A stretch of DNA of 64,000 nt from Candidatus Omnitrophota bacterium (lineage in GTDB: Bacteria > Omnitrophota > Gorgyraeia > Zapsychrales > Zapsychraceae): assembly GCA_015233195.1 (NCBI GenBank), contig JADFYE010000012.1:989-64988 (forward strand), written 5' to 3'. Positions 1 to 10,135 of this stretch are shown piece after piece. Positions within the stretch are counted from its first letter, which is position 1; every line of letters begins with the position of its first letter. Both the position numbers and the translations under genes were made by a program. The notes beneath the pieces are model-generated. The model did not search any database and was not told the DNA's origin. It saw nothing but the letters and a program-made list of their open reading frames with translations.

Positions 1-756
1 TTAGCTCAAAAAACTGCGCTTGAACAAACCAAAGCCCAATTACCGGCTTTGGACCGCGAGCTTGCCTATACTCGTCATCAATTAGCAGTTTTAGTCGGTA
101 AATTTCCAAATGAAGAAAGCACTTTACCTGAATTTGATCTATCCGAATTAACGCTTCCGCAAGATTTACCGGTAACTTTACCGTCTGAATTAGTGCGTAA
201 ACGTCCTGATATAAGAATGTCGGAAGAATTACTGCATGCGGCTTGCGCAGAGATAGGCGTGGCAACTGCTAATATGTACCCGCAATTTATTTTAAACAGC
301 GGGTTTGGCCCGGAATCAAATACGATCAAAGAATTATTTAATGGCAACAATATTATTTGGAATATCGGAGCTAATATTGTCCAGCCGATATTTCGCGGCG
401 GCGAATTAAAAGCTAAAAAACGCGCGGCATTGGCAGCTTTTGATCAAGCAGCTGCTGAATACCGTCAAACTGTTTTATACGCGTTTCAAAATGTAGCAGA
501 TGTTCTGCGCGCATTGGAAACTGATGCTGCTACCTTTGAAGCTCAAATCGCCGCATTTAATACCGCGGAAGAATATTTTAAATTAGCAAAAGAACAATTT
601 AATAACGGAGCAGTCAGCATTTTTATTTTATTAGACGCTGAGCGGCAATTTAATTTAACTCGCATCGGCGTAGTACAAGCTCAAGCCGCACGTTTTGCAG
701 ATACAGCAGCATTGTTTCAGGCGTTAGGTGGCGGCTGGTGGAACAACGCCAATTAA
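1..756 (+). CDS. Outer-membrane efflux factor (NodT/OprM-type OEP family), C-terminal part; 5' end lies outside the window
   Basis: Frame 1 is open from base 1 (LAQKTALEQTKAQLPALDRELAYTRHQLAVLVGK...), so the TTG at 49 is not the real start. It has a typical OEP C-terminal repeat ending in FQALGGGWW. Adaptor and RND pump genes follow directly. Confidence 0.85.
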   Translation, partial: LAQKTALEQTKAQLPALDRELAYTRHQLAVLVGKFPNEESTLPEFDLSELTLPQDLPVTLPSELVRKRPDIRMSEELLHAACAEIGVATANMYPQFILNSGFGPESNTIKELFNGNNIIWNIGANIVQPIFRGGELKAKKRAALAAFDQAAAEYRQTVLYAFQNVADVLRALETDAATFEAQIAAFNTAEEYFKLAKEQFNNGAVSIFILLDAERQFNLTRIGVVQAQAARFADTAALFQALGGGWWNNAN

Positions 757-829
757 AAATTGGCGAGAAAATAGATAATAGAGAATAGAAAATAGACAAA
801 AACGATTGGTGCAAAAAAGAGGATAGATT

Positions 830-1960
830 ATGTTTAAGAAAATGTTAATTATGTTAGTATTTGTGGGCGTGATTTTTGGAGGGATATTTGGTTATCATGC
901 TTTTATGGGAAACATAATGAAAAAATATATGTCTACCATGAAACAGCCTCCAACTGTAGTATCTGCTATGAAAGCAGAATTTCATGAGTGGCAGCCTTTA
1001 ATAAAATCTGTAGGCAGTTTTAAATCAGTGCATGGAGTTGATGTATCTACCGAAATCCCAGGTATAGTTACTCAAATTAATTTTAAATCAGGTGATGAAG
1101 TAAATGAGGGACAAGTATTGCTACAATTGAATGCAGATACTGATATAGCGCAACTGCATGCTTTAGAAGCTGCTGCAGATTTAGCACAGACTACTTATGA
1201 CCGGGATAAAAAACAATTAGAAGTTCAGGCAATCAGTCAGGCAGTTGTAGACGGTGATGCCGCAGAATTAAAAAGCAAAAAAGCTTTGGTAGCACAGCAA
1301 AATGCTTTAATCGAAAAAAAGACAATAAAAGCTCCATTTGCTGGACGGCTAGGAATCAGTACTATAAATTTGGGCAAATATATAAATCCAGGTGAGTCTA
1401 TAGTCAATTTGCAAAATTTAGATTCAATATATGTTAATTTTTATTTACCCCAGCAAGATCTGGCAAAAATTTTTATAAATCAGAAAATAAACGTTACTAC
1501 TGATTCATATCCTGGACGGACGTTTACCGGATCGATCACTGCGATTAACCCTAAAGTTGAGACTGATTCCCGTAATTTCTTGATTGAAGCTTTAATCGAT
1601 AATCAGAAACACGAACTTTTACCAGGCATGTACGCAATAATAGAAGTAGACGCTGGTACAAAAGAAAAATATTTAACTTTGCCCCAAACGTCTGTGGCAT
1701 TTAACCCTTTTGGTGAAACTGTATTTGTGGTAAGTGAAACTGGCAAAGACGAAAAAGGTAACCCAGTCTTAACTGCTAAACAAATCTTTGTTTTAGTAGG
1801 CGAAACCCGCGGCGATCAAGTCGCGATTTTAAGTGGAATTAAAGAAGGTGACTTAATAGTTACATCTGGACAACAAAAATTACGAAATGGCAGTACGGTT
1901 GTTATAGATAATAAAGTTATTCCGACTAATGATCCAAATCCAAAACCAATTGATCAATAG
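830..1960 (+). CDS. RND efflux periplasmic adaptor (membrane fusion protein, AcrA/MexA-like)
   Basis: N-terminal membrane anchor, a coiled-coil hairpin (LHALEAAADLAQTTYDRDKKQLE) and an IKAPFAGRLG barrel motif. RBS AAGAGGA lies upstream, and the gene sits between the OMF and RND genes. Confidence 0.9.
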   Translation: MFKKMLIMLVFVGVIFGGIFGYHAFMGNIMKKYMSTMKQPPTVVSAMKAEFHEWQPLIKSVGSFKSVHGVDVSTEIPGIVTQINFKSGDEVNEGQVLLQLNADTDIAQLHALEAAADLAQTTYDRDKKQLEVQAISQAVVDGDAAELKSKKALVAQQNALIEKKTIKAPFAGRLGISTINLGKYINPGESIVNLQNLDSIYVNFYLPQQDLAKIFINQKINVTTDSYPGRTFTGSITAINPKVETDSRNFLIEALIDNQKHELLPGMYAIIEVDAGTKEKYLTLPQTSVAFNPFGETVFVVSETGKDEKGNPVLTAKQIFVLVGETRGDQVAILSGIKEGDLIVTSGQQKLRNGSTVVIDNKVIPTNDPNPKPIDQ

Positions 1961-1969
1961 GATTATGAT

Positions 1970-4900
1970 ATGAATTTTACTGATATATTTATTAAGCGAC
2001 CAGTTCTGGCAACTGTAGTTAGTTTGTTAATATTGGTTTTAGGCATACGTTCACTTAGTCTTTTAGGCGTGCGGCAATATCCTGAAACTCAAAATGCTCT
2101 TGTAACAGTTACTACAGTATATACAGGCGCTGATCCTTCAGTAGTCGCCGGATTTATTACAACGCCACTTGAAAATTCAATAGCGCAAGCTGACGGAATT
2201 GATTATCTGGTATCGTCCAGTACTTCAAATGTCAGTCTTATAAAAGCATTTCTCCGCCTAAATTATGATTCGAATAAAGCTTTAACTGAAATAAATACAA
2301 AAGTAAATGCGGTTATTAATCAATTACCAAAAGAAGCGCAGCAGCCTACTATTACAGTCGCTATTGGTGAAGATATAGATTCAATGTATCTTGGATTTTA
2401 TAGCACCGCTATCCCAACAAATAAAATTTCAGATTATCTAATCCGTGTAGTCCAGCCTAAATTACAAGCTGTTCCAGGAGTACAGACTGCTGAAATATTA
2501 GGTAAACGTCAATTTGCAATGCGGGCATGGCTCGACCCTGTAAAAATGGCAAGCCGTCAAATAACTGCTACAGATGTTAGCAATGCTTTAGCTGCTAATG
2601 ATTTTATTTCAGCATTAGGGCAGACCAAAGGGTCTATGGTTCAAGTTGATCTTACTGCAGCGACCGGCATGCATACTGTAGATGAATTCCGCAATTTAGT
2701 TATTAAGACTGTAAACGGCGCAATAGTACGTTTAGGCGATGTCGCAACCGTTTCTTTGGGTGCTGAAGATTATGATACTTCAGTTTCATTCGATGGGGTT
2801 AGCGCGGTATATGTCGGAATAAAAGTTGTACCCAGCGCTAATTTATTGACTGTTATTGGTAATGTAAGAAAAGTAGTTCCTTCAATACAATCTCAATTAC
2901 CTGCAGGATTAGAATGTAAGCTCGTATATGATGCCACAAAATATATAAACAGCTCTATAAACGAAGTTATTAAAACTCTAGTCGAATCATTGCTCATAGT
3001 TACTTTGGTGATTTTTTTATTTTTAGGATCAATCCGTTCCGTAATTATTCCAGTCATTGCCATGCCTTTATCTTTGATAGGCGCGTTTTTTATAATGTTG
3101 ATGCTGGGCTACACAATTAATTTGTTAACACTTTTGGCATTAGTATTAGCTATCGGTCTGGTTGTAGATGATGCTATTATTGTGGTCGAGAACGTGCATC
3201 GGCATATAGAAGAAGGTATGGCTCCGATGGCTGCAGCATTAAAAGGCGCGCAAGAATTGTCTGGTCCAATTATTGCAATATCAATTGTTTTAATCGCAGT
3301 TTATATCCCTATTGGTTTTATGGGCGGGCTAACTGGTGCTTTGTTTACTGAGTTCGCTTATACTCTGGCTGGTGCAGTCGCAATATCTGCGATAATAGCT
3401 TTAACTCTGTCGCCTATGATGTGTTCACGTTTTTTAAAACACCATAATGGAAATAATCAGCATTCATTTATGGAAACAATGGACCAGCAATTCGCTAAAT
3501 TGCAAAACGTGTATGTAAAAATTTTACATAAAGCATTGAATAGTGTACCAGTTATTGTGGTGTTCGCACTTATTGTTATGGTCAGTATTTTCTTTCTATT
3601 TAAAACTTCAAAGAGCGAACTTGCGCCGACTGAAGATCAGGGAATCGTCTTATCTTTGTATACTGGAGCACCGAACGCGTCGATTGAACAAACTAAACTT
3701 TATTCTAAACAAGCTTATAGTATCTTTTCTAAAATCCCTGAAACTGACCATGTATTTCAATTCGATGGAGTGTTTGGAGTTAATTCAGGCATAGCAGGCG
3801 TAGTTTTCAAACCTTGGGACCAACGTAAACGTCATGCGTCAGTTATTCAAGAAGAAATGCAAATGCTTTTAGCAGGCATGGCAGGAGTTAATGCTGTAGC
3901 TTTCACTCCAGCGCCTTTACCCGGAGGAGGCGAAGGTCTGCCAGTTCAATTTGTTATAGGAACTACTAATTCTTTTGAAGAACTGAATAAAATTTCTCAA
4001 AATATTGTTCAAAAAGCTTATGCCAGCGGCAAATTCATGTATGTTGATTCTGATCTTAAAATCGATAAACCGCAAACTGAAGTAATAATCGATCGTGACA
4101 AAACCGCGCAATTAGGTTTGACCATGCGCGATGTAGGACAAGCTTTGGGCTCAATGTTAGGCGGCGGTTACATAAATTATTTTAGTCTTGCTGGACGGTC
4201 CTATAAAGTAATTCCGCAGATTATGCAAAGTGAACGTTTAAACGCTCAGCAATTACGCGATTATTATATTAATACTGCAAGCGGTGCTGCTATTCCCTTA
4301 TCAACTATAGCGACTTTAAAAACTTCAGTTGTTCCAGAAACTTTAAATCATTTTCAACAATTGAATTCAGCGACCATATCCGCAGTTCCTGGTTCAAGTG
4401 TAACTTTAGGTCAAGCTCTGGAAGCAATGAAAAGCATAGCTAAAGACGCTATGCCTGCAGGTTATAGTGTCGACTATTCTGGACAATCCAGACAATTCAT
4501 GCAGGAATCAAACGCGCTTGCTATAACTTTTGTTTTCGCTTTAATAATTATTTTTTTAGCTTTAGCTGCGCAATTTGAAAGTTTTCGCGACCCATTAATT
4601 ATTTTAATGAGCGTGCCTTTGTCAATATGCGGAGCTATGATATTTATTAGCTTAGGCGTAGGCGGGGCAAGCTTGAATATTTTTACTCAAGTAGGGTTAA
4701 TAACTCTAATTGGTTTGATTAGCAAACATGGTATCTTGATTGTGCAATTTGCCAATGATCTTCAAAAAGAAGGAAAGAGTAAACGTGAAGCAGTTGAAAT
4801 GGCTTGCGGCATACGTTTAAGACCAATTCTTATGACTACAGCTGCTATGGTGGTAGGTGTTGTGCCTTTGGTTATTGCTACGGGTGCAGGCGCTGCCGGA

Positions 4901-5014
4901 CGCTATAACATGGGATTAGTTATTATGACTGGAATTGCGATTGGAACTTTGTTTACTTTGTTTGTTGTGCCAGGAATGTACATGTTATTAGCAGCTCAGC
5001 ATAAAAAAGTATAG
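1970..5014 (+). CDS. RND efflux permease (AcrB/MexB family, 1014 aa)
   Basis: N-terminus MNFTDIFIKRPVLATV, the VVDDAIIVVENV motif, a 12-TM layout with two large periplasmic loops, and a length typical of HAE1 pumps. Confidence 0.95.
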   Translation: MNFTDIFIKRPVLATVVSLLILVLGIRSLSLLGVRQYPETQNALVTVTTVYTGADPSVVAGFITTPLENSIAQADGIDYLVSSSTSNVSLIKAFLRLNYDSNKALTEINTKVNAVINQLPKEAQQPTITVAIGEDIDSMYLGFYSTAIPTNKISDYLIRVVQPKLQAVPGVQTAEILGKRQFAMRAWLDPVKMASRQITATDVSNALAANDFISALGQTKGSMVQVDLTAATGMHTVDEFRNLVIKTVNGAIVRLGDVATVSLGAEDYDTSVSFDGVSAVYVGIKVVPSANLLTVIGNVRKVVPSIQSQLPAGLECKLVYDATKYINSSINEVIKTLVESLLIVTLVIFLFLGSIRSVIIPVIAMPLSLIGAFFIMLMLGYTINLLTLLALVLAIGLVVDDAIIVVENVHRHIEEGMAPMAAALKGAQELSGPIIAISIVLIAVYIPIGFMGGLTGALFTEFAYTLAGAVAISAIIALTLSPMMCSRFLKHHNGNNQHSFMETMDQQFAKLQNVYVKILHKALNSVPVIVVFALIVMVSIFFLFKTSKSELAPTEDQGIVLSLYTGAPNASIEQTKLYSKQAYSIFSKIPETDHVFQFDGVFGVNSGIAGVVFKPWDQRKRHASVIQEEMQMLLAGMAGVNAVAFTPAPLPGGGEGLPVQFVIGTTNSFEELNKISQNIVQKAYASGKFMYVDSDLKIDKPQTEVIIDRDKTAQLGLTMRDVGQALGSMLGGGYINYFSLAGRSYKVIPQIMQSERLNAQQLRDYYINTASGAAIPLSTIATLKTSVVPETLNHFQQLNSATISAVPGSSVTLGQALEAMKSIAKDAMPAGYSVDYSGQSRQFMQESNALAITFVFALIIIFLALAAQFESFRDPLIILMSVPLSICGAMIFISLGVGGASLNIFTQVGLITLIGLISKHGILIVQFANDLQKEGKSKREAVEMACGIRLRPILMTTAAMVVGVVPLVIATGAGAAGRYNMGLVIMTGIAIGTLFTLFVVPGMYMLLAAQHKKV

Positions 5015-5085
5015 GTTTGCCTCAACCCCTGTTTTTTAACCTTTTATAAGTTATACTTATATTAGAGTGAAAATAAGGGGGGCGC

Positions 5086-7872
5086 ATGCCTAAGAATGTA
5101 GCAATAAAAAAAATTATTTCTTTTATAATTACGATATGTTTTAGTATATCGTCAATTATTATTTACCCTTCAAGATCTACAGCGCAAAATGTTTTACCGT
5201 CTGCTGGAAATATTTTATCTTTATCAACTCCAACTATGCCGGTAGTTTTAAAAGGCATCCGTGCTACTGCAGAAAATCCTTTTCAATTAGATTTTCTAGT
5301 TGACGCTGGTGACTTAAATTCAAGTTCTGATGAAACCATTAAAATAAACGCTCAAAAATCGATTAAATACTTTTTAGCTGCTTTAACCATTCCAGATAAA
5401 GACCAGTGGGTTAATTTATCTCCATATGAAAAAGACCGTATTGTTCCAGATAATTTTGGTAATACTGAAATGGGACGAGATCTTTTAGCTCAAGATTTTG
5501 TTCTAAAAAAACTAACCGCATCATTAATGTATCCGGAAACAGAATTAGGACGAGAATTTTGGAAAAAAATTTATGATCAAGCATATGAAAAGTTTGGTAC
5601 TACAGATATTCCAACTGATACGTTTAATAAGGTATGGATAGTGCCTAGCAAAGCAGTTGTTTATGAGGGATCAGAAGGCGCGTTCATTACTGAAGAAAAA
5701 TTAGATGTGATGCTAGAACAAGACTATATTGCACAGCAACATGGTCGAAGTAATACGCTTGCTGAACCACAAAACAATACTAAACAACCTACTCCAGAAA
5801 CTCAAACACTTATCAAAACTATAATTCTTCCTGCTTTGCTTAAAGAAGTAAACGAAGGCAAACATTTTGAACCCTTGCGGCAGATTTATCATGCCATGAT
5901 ATTAGCCACCTGGTTTAAACGTAATTTAAAAGAAAGCCTATTAGGACAATCGTATGTAGAAAAAAATAAAATTATAGGCATTGATATTGCGGATAAGAAT
6001 GAACGCCAAAAAATTTATGCCCAATATATCGAAGTATTCAAAAAAGGCATGTATGACTATATAAAAGATGAATATGATCCTGTAATTCAAAAAATCATTC
6101 CCCGTAAATATTTTTCAGGCGGATTTAGCCCAGATCAATTAAATGCGATTTTTACACAAAAACGTGAAGAACCGTTCGCGTTCGCAGGAAAAAAACGTCT
6201 TCGCGCAATTCATCTAAATTTAACAACAACGAATAATTCAGAATTAAAACCCGGCTCAGATAATGCGTTACTAGCTTCATCTATTACTGAAAAAGTACAA
6301 AACGTGATCAATGCTTTAGCACAACCCCAAAAACAACCACAAAAATTTTTAACAATAAACGGACAACAAATTATTCCTATTCCAAGAATACAATCTTGGC
6401 AACCAAATGAAATATATGATATAGGAAATGGTCTTGTAGTACGTGTTAGATCAGCACAATTTGATTCCTTAATGAGTTCTAAACATGGGATTAATACTAA
6501 TTATCAAAAAGCTGCAGATATTGCGGTAAGCCCTTCTTTTTTTAATTCAGGAGAAATTCGAACCGAAACAGGAAAAATCTACCCCTATATTATTACAGAA
6601 AAAATAAATGGACAAAATTTAAATACTTATTATTTTAAACATTTAGCAATGGCAACCCCTTCTAATGCTGAGCAAGATAAAGCATGGCTAAAAGAAAAAT
6701 TAAAAATATTAATAAAAAGAATGATCAAAAATAAATTGTTATTAAGTGATTTTAGACCGGATCAGTTTATGCTTGGGTATTCAGAACTAAATGAAAAGCA
6801 GCAAAAAAATATTTGGTTGATTGACCCGGATCTGTTAGAAGAGTTTCCAGAATTATCTTATCAACAGCTCATAGAGCTATATAAATTAAAAATTTATGAA
6901 GATGATTCTTCAGTATGGAATCAACTCTATGAATATAGAAAAATGTTTTTAGAGATTTTGAATGAGATTGAAAAAGAATCCGATACTGCGATGTTAAATT
7001 CAATTAATGGCGGGGATAAAATAGCGCTTGAAGATATTGATGGGACAAAAATGGAGGATGGATTTTTATTGCTAAAAAACGGAACAAAATTACCATTAAG
7101 CCAATATGAAGGCATGAGTAATTATATATTCGTAAATTCATATTTTGTTGTAAGGGTAATTAAGTCTAACGATAGTAAAATGTATGAAAATTATGAAGAA
7201 GTGGCTAAATATGGCATATGTCCACAAATTCTTCGAAAAGGAAAAATCTTTGGAAAAAATGGTGAAGAATTAAAATATATTGCTGTAGAATTAATTGATG
7301 GAAATAATTTAGCCGAGATGAAAAATTCGTTAACTGATTTACAAATAAAAGATTTACGTAAAATACTTCGCGAATTAATTAAACGAAAAATAATAATCAG
7401 AGATTTCTGGCCTGAACAATTTATGGTTGGGAAAAACATAGGAAGAACAAAAAGTATAAAAGAAGTTTGGCTAATTGATCCTGAAAAATTTAAAATTTAT
7501 GAAAATTTATCATCACAAGAAATTATAATAAAGATGATTAAGCAAATAGAAAATGATGGAATGATGTGGGGAAATTCACCGTACCGTAAAGTATTTCTAA
7601 AAGAATTAAATACTTTTTTAGAAAGTGCAGCCGCGGAAAATGACCGAGCAATTTTAACTAAATCCCAAACTAATCGCGATGATCTAGGTGGTATTGATAT
7701 GGGTTCTGATCGTCTAAATTTAGAAAAACAAGGTCCCGGTAGCGCAGCTAAAACGTCAGGAAAATTTTCACAAAAAATCGATTATAATTTCCAAGGTTTA
7801 AGCATTTTAAATATTACTATCGCCTCAAAAGTAGATATCTCCATGTTTTTAGGTTTACCTGCATCAAATTAG
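5086..7872 (+). CDS. Secreted 928-aa protein of unknown function with two tandem degenerate protein-kinase-like repeats
   Basis: Strong RBS AAGGGGGG and an N-terminal signal/anchor (IISFIITICFSISSIIIYPSRSTAQ). An internal duplication of about 215 aa carries LLLSDFRPDQFML...IWLIDPD in one copy and IIIRDFWPEQFMV...VWLIDPE in the other. Confidence 0.8.
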   Translation: MPKNVAIKKIISFIITICFSISSIIIYPSRSTAQNVLPSAGNILSLSTPTMPVVLKGIRATAENPFQLDFLVDAGDLNSSSDETIKINAQKSIKYFLAALTIPDKDQWVNLSPYEKDRIVPDNFGNTEMGRDLLAQDFVLKKLTASLMYPETELGREFWKKIYDQAYEKFGTTDIPTDTFNKVWIVPSKAVVYEGSEGAFITEEKLDVMLEQDYIAQQHGRSNTLAEPQNNTKQPTPETQTLIKTIILPALLKEVNEGKHFEPLRQIYHAMILATWFKRNLKESLLGQSYVEKNKIIGIDIADKNERQKIYAQYIEVFKKGMYDYIKDEYDPVIQKIIPRKYFSGGFSPDQLNAIFTQKREEPFAFAGKKRLRAIHLNLTTTNNSELKPGSDNALLASSITEKVQNVINALAQPQKQPQKFLTINGQQIIPIPRIQSWQPNEIYDIGNGLVVRVRSAQFDSLMSSKHGINTNYQKAADIAVSPSFFNSGEIRTETGKIYPYIITEKINGQNLNTYYFKHLAMATPSNAEQDKAWLKEKLKILIKRMIKNKLLLSDFRPDQFMLGYSELNEKQQKNIWLIDPDLLEEFPELSYQQLIELYKLKIYEDDSSVWNQLYEYRKMFLEILNEIEKESDTAMLNSINGGDKIALEDIDGTKMEDGFLLLKNGTKLPLSQYEGMSNYIFVNSYFVVRVIKSNDSKMYENYEEVAKYGICPQILRKGKIFGKNGEELKYIAVELIDGNNLAEMKNSLTDLQIKDLRKILRELIKRKIIIRDFWPEQFMVGKNIGRTKSIKEVWLIDPEKFKIYENLSSQEIIIKMIKQIENDGMMWGNSPYRKVFLKELNTFLESAAAENDRAILTKSQTNRDDLGGIDMGSDRLNLEKQGPGSAAKTSGKFSQKIDYNFQGLSILNITIASKVDISMFLGLPASN

Positions 7873-7945
7873 ACCAAGAAAATTGTTTTAAATTTTGACA
7901 CTTCACGCTAAAATAGACATCAATAAGATTATAGGGGGAGATGTA

Positions 7946-10078
7946 ATGGCAGAGATTTTAACTGAAAAGACTACAAAACAAATTTCTTCAGGTCGCAGTT
8001 TCTCATTAGGCGTTACTTTAATGGATGACGGCGCCAATTTCGCGATTTATTCCAAACACGCTAAAGAAATTTTTCTTCTACTTTTCGATACTAATAAAAA
8101 ACAGCCGGTTGATATTATTAAACTTGAACGAGTTGATAATAATATCTGGGTAATATTTGTACATGGAATTAAACCCGGGCAGTTATATGGATATAAAGTA
8201 CGGGGAGACTATAATCCCAAACTTGGATTACGTTTTAATGAAAACAAATTATTAATTGACCCGTATGCCAAAGCTTTTCATGGCGATTTTAAAAATATTG
8301 ATGATTTATTACTCGGGTATGATGCGAAATCCACTGAGCAAGACCTTTCTTTTGATCCCAGAGATAATACTGCAATAGCTCCCCGCTCAGTCATCATTGA
8401 TGATTCTTTCGATTGGCAGGGAGATAAAAAACCGAATGTTCCAATGGAAAAACTGATCATTTATGAAGTTCATGTTAAAGGATTCACCGCACACTCGTCT
8501 TCAAAAGTAAAAAACCCCGGCACATATCTTGGTTTTATCGAGAAAATACCTCATTTAAAAGAGCTGGGTATAAACGCAGTTGAATTGTTGCCGATTAATC
8601 AATTTTATAAACGAGATGGTCTGGTTAAACTTAATCTGACTGATTACTGGGGCTACAATTCTGTAGGATTTTTTGCTCCGGAAAATTCATACAGCACATT
8701 AAAAAATATAGGCTGCCAGGTTACAGAATTTAAAACTATGGTAAAGGCTTTACATAAAGCCGGCATTGAGGTTATTTTAGATGTAGTATTTAATCATACT
8801 GGCGAAGGGGATGAACTTGGTCCAACTTTAAATTTTAGGGGGATAGATAATCCATCGTATTATGCCTTAAAAGGTACTGGTGACGCACCATACCGTTTAT
8901 ACGTTAATGACGCTGGCTGCGGTAATATGTTCAACGTTGAAAATCCTGCAAGTTTACGTTTGGTATTAGACGCACTCCGATATTGGACCGATACTATGCA
9001 CATTGACGGCTTTCGTTTTGATTTAGCGACTATATTACCCCGCATGGACGGTCGCTACTCAAAAGAAGCTGCATTTTTTGAAGCCATAGCTCACGACCCA
9101 GTATTAAAAAATGTAAAACTTATCGCAGAACCCTGGGACTTAACTACGTATCAAATTGGAAATTTTCCTTTAAACTGGTCAGAATGGAACGGCAAATTTC
9201 GGGATACTGCCCGTCAATTCATAAAAGGTGATTGGGGGCAAGCCCGTGAATTAGCTTATCGCTTGACTGGGTCTGAAGATTTATACGGAGATGATGGACG
9301 CACGCCTTACGACAGTATAAATTTTATAACTTGCCACGACGGCTTTACATTGAATGATCTTTATTCTTACAATATAAAACATAATGAAGCCAATGGTGAA
9401 AAAAATCGGGACGGTACCAATGATAATTTTTCCTGGAACTGCGGTGTAGAAGGCGAAACCAAAGACGAAGCTATTCTAAATTTTCGTAAGCAAATGGTAA
9501 AAAATGCATTTGCTTGTCTTTTGATTCCTTTAGGTACTCCAATGATTTTAGGAGGAGACGAATTTCTTCGTACCCAAAAAGGCAACAATAATGCATATTG
9601 CCAAGACAATGAACTAACCTGGTTCAACTGGGAATACGCGAAAAAAAATAAAGATATAACTGAATTCGTAAAAAAACTTATCGCTTTCAGAAAACGTCAT
9701 CCGATATTACAAAAGCGGAAATTTACACCTGGGCAGGGTTTGAATTTCGATAATGTAAAAGATCTGGTTTGGTTTAATGAAAATTTGGGCAAAGTAAACT
9801 GGGATGATGCCAGCATAAAAACATTTTGCTGTCATTTAGACGGAACCAGAGACCCAACTGAAAAAGACCCATGCCATTTGTATTTTATTTTAAATGCTGA
9901 CAATAATGCGCATCACGTTAAATTACCGCAATATCAAGGTATTACCTGGTATCGTGCTTTAGATACTTCAATTAACAGCCGGGATGACATATCTGATAAA
10001 GGAAAAGAACAAAAATTAGATCCTGCAGATTTTTATTTCATAAATCCTCGATGCGTAGTTGTATTAATCGGACAATAA
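7946..10078 (+). CDS. glgX: Glycogen debranching enzyme (GH13, GlgX-type)
   Basis: GH13 motifs DVVFNHT, GFRFDLA, EPWD and FITCHDGFTLND. The start was moved to the ATG at 7946 (MAEILTEK), which follows RBS GGGGGAG. The track start at 7895 is a TTG with no RBS. Confidence 0.9.
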   Translation: MAEILTEKTTKQISSGRSFSLGVTLMDDGANFAIYSKHAKEIFLLLFDTNKKQPVDIIKLERVDNNIWVIFVHGIKPGQLYGYKVRGDYNPKLGLRFNENKLLIDPYAKAFHGDFKNIDDLLLGYDAKSTEQDLSFDPRDNTAIAPRSVIIDDSFDWQGDKKPNVPMEKLIIYEVHVKGFTAHSSSKVKNPGTYLGFIEKIPHLKELGINAVELLPINQFYKRDGLVKLNLTDYWGYNSVGFFAPENSYSTLKNIGCQVTEFKTMVKALHKAGIEVILDVVFNHTGEGDELGPTLNFRGIDNPSYYALKGTGDAPYRLYVNDAGCGNMFNVENPASLRLVLDALRYWTDTMHIDGFRFDLATILPRMDGRYSKEAAFFEAIAHDPVLKNVKLIAEPWDLTTYQIGNFPLNWSEWNGKFRDTARQFIKGDWGQARELAYRLTGSEDLYGDDGRTPYDSINFITCHDGFTLNDLYSYNIKHNEANGEKNRDGTNDNFSWNCGVEGETKDEAILNFRKQMVKNAFACLLIPLGTPMILGGDEFLRTQKGNNNAYCQDNELTWFNWEYAKKNKDITEFVKKLIAFRKRHPILQKRKFTPGQGLNFDNVKDLVWFNENLGKVNWDDASIKTFCCHLDGTRDPTEKDPCHLYFILNADNNAHHVKLPQYQGITWYRALDTSINSRDDISDKGKEQKLDPADFYFINPRCVVVLIGQ

Positions 10079-10135
10079 ATATAAGCCCAAAAATATATAT
10101 TTATAATTTTCAATAATTGAGTACAATATCTTCTT

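Noticed and set aside
3543-3794. Short same-strand or antisense ORFs nested in long genes (e.g. 3543-3794, 10290-10505, 15298-15504, 21105-21494, 54990-55256, 59394-59804)
   Set aside because: They lie in alternative frames of confidently identified genes. They lack RBS signals and translate to low-complexity sequence typical of AT-rich shadow ORFs.
7895-7945. N-terminal extensions in the ORF track (7895, 24490, 24936, 30401, 40208, 41036, 42983, 46264, 59899)
   Set aside because: In most cases an internal ATG/GTG with a Shine-Dalgarno sequence gives the family-typical N-terminus (41066 has no clear RBS). The extensions start at weak codons, overlap operators or upstream genes, or precede the signal peptide.
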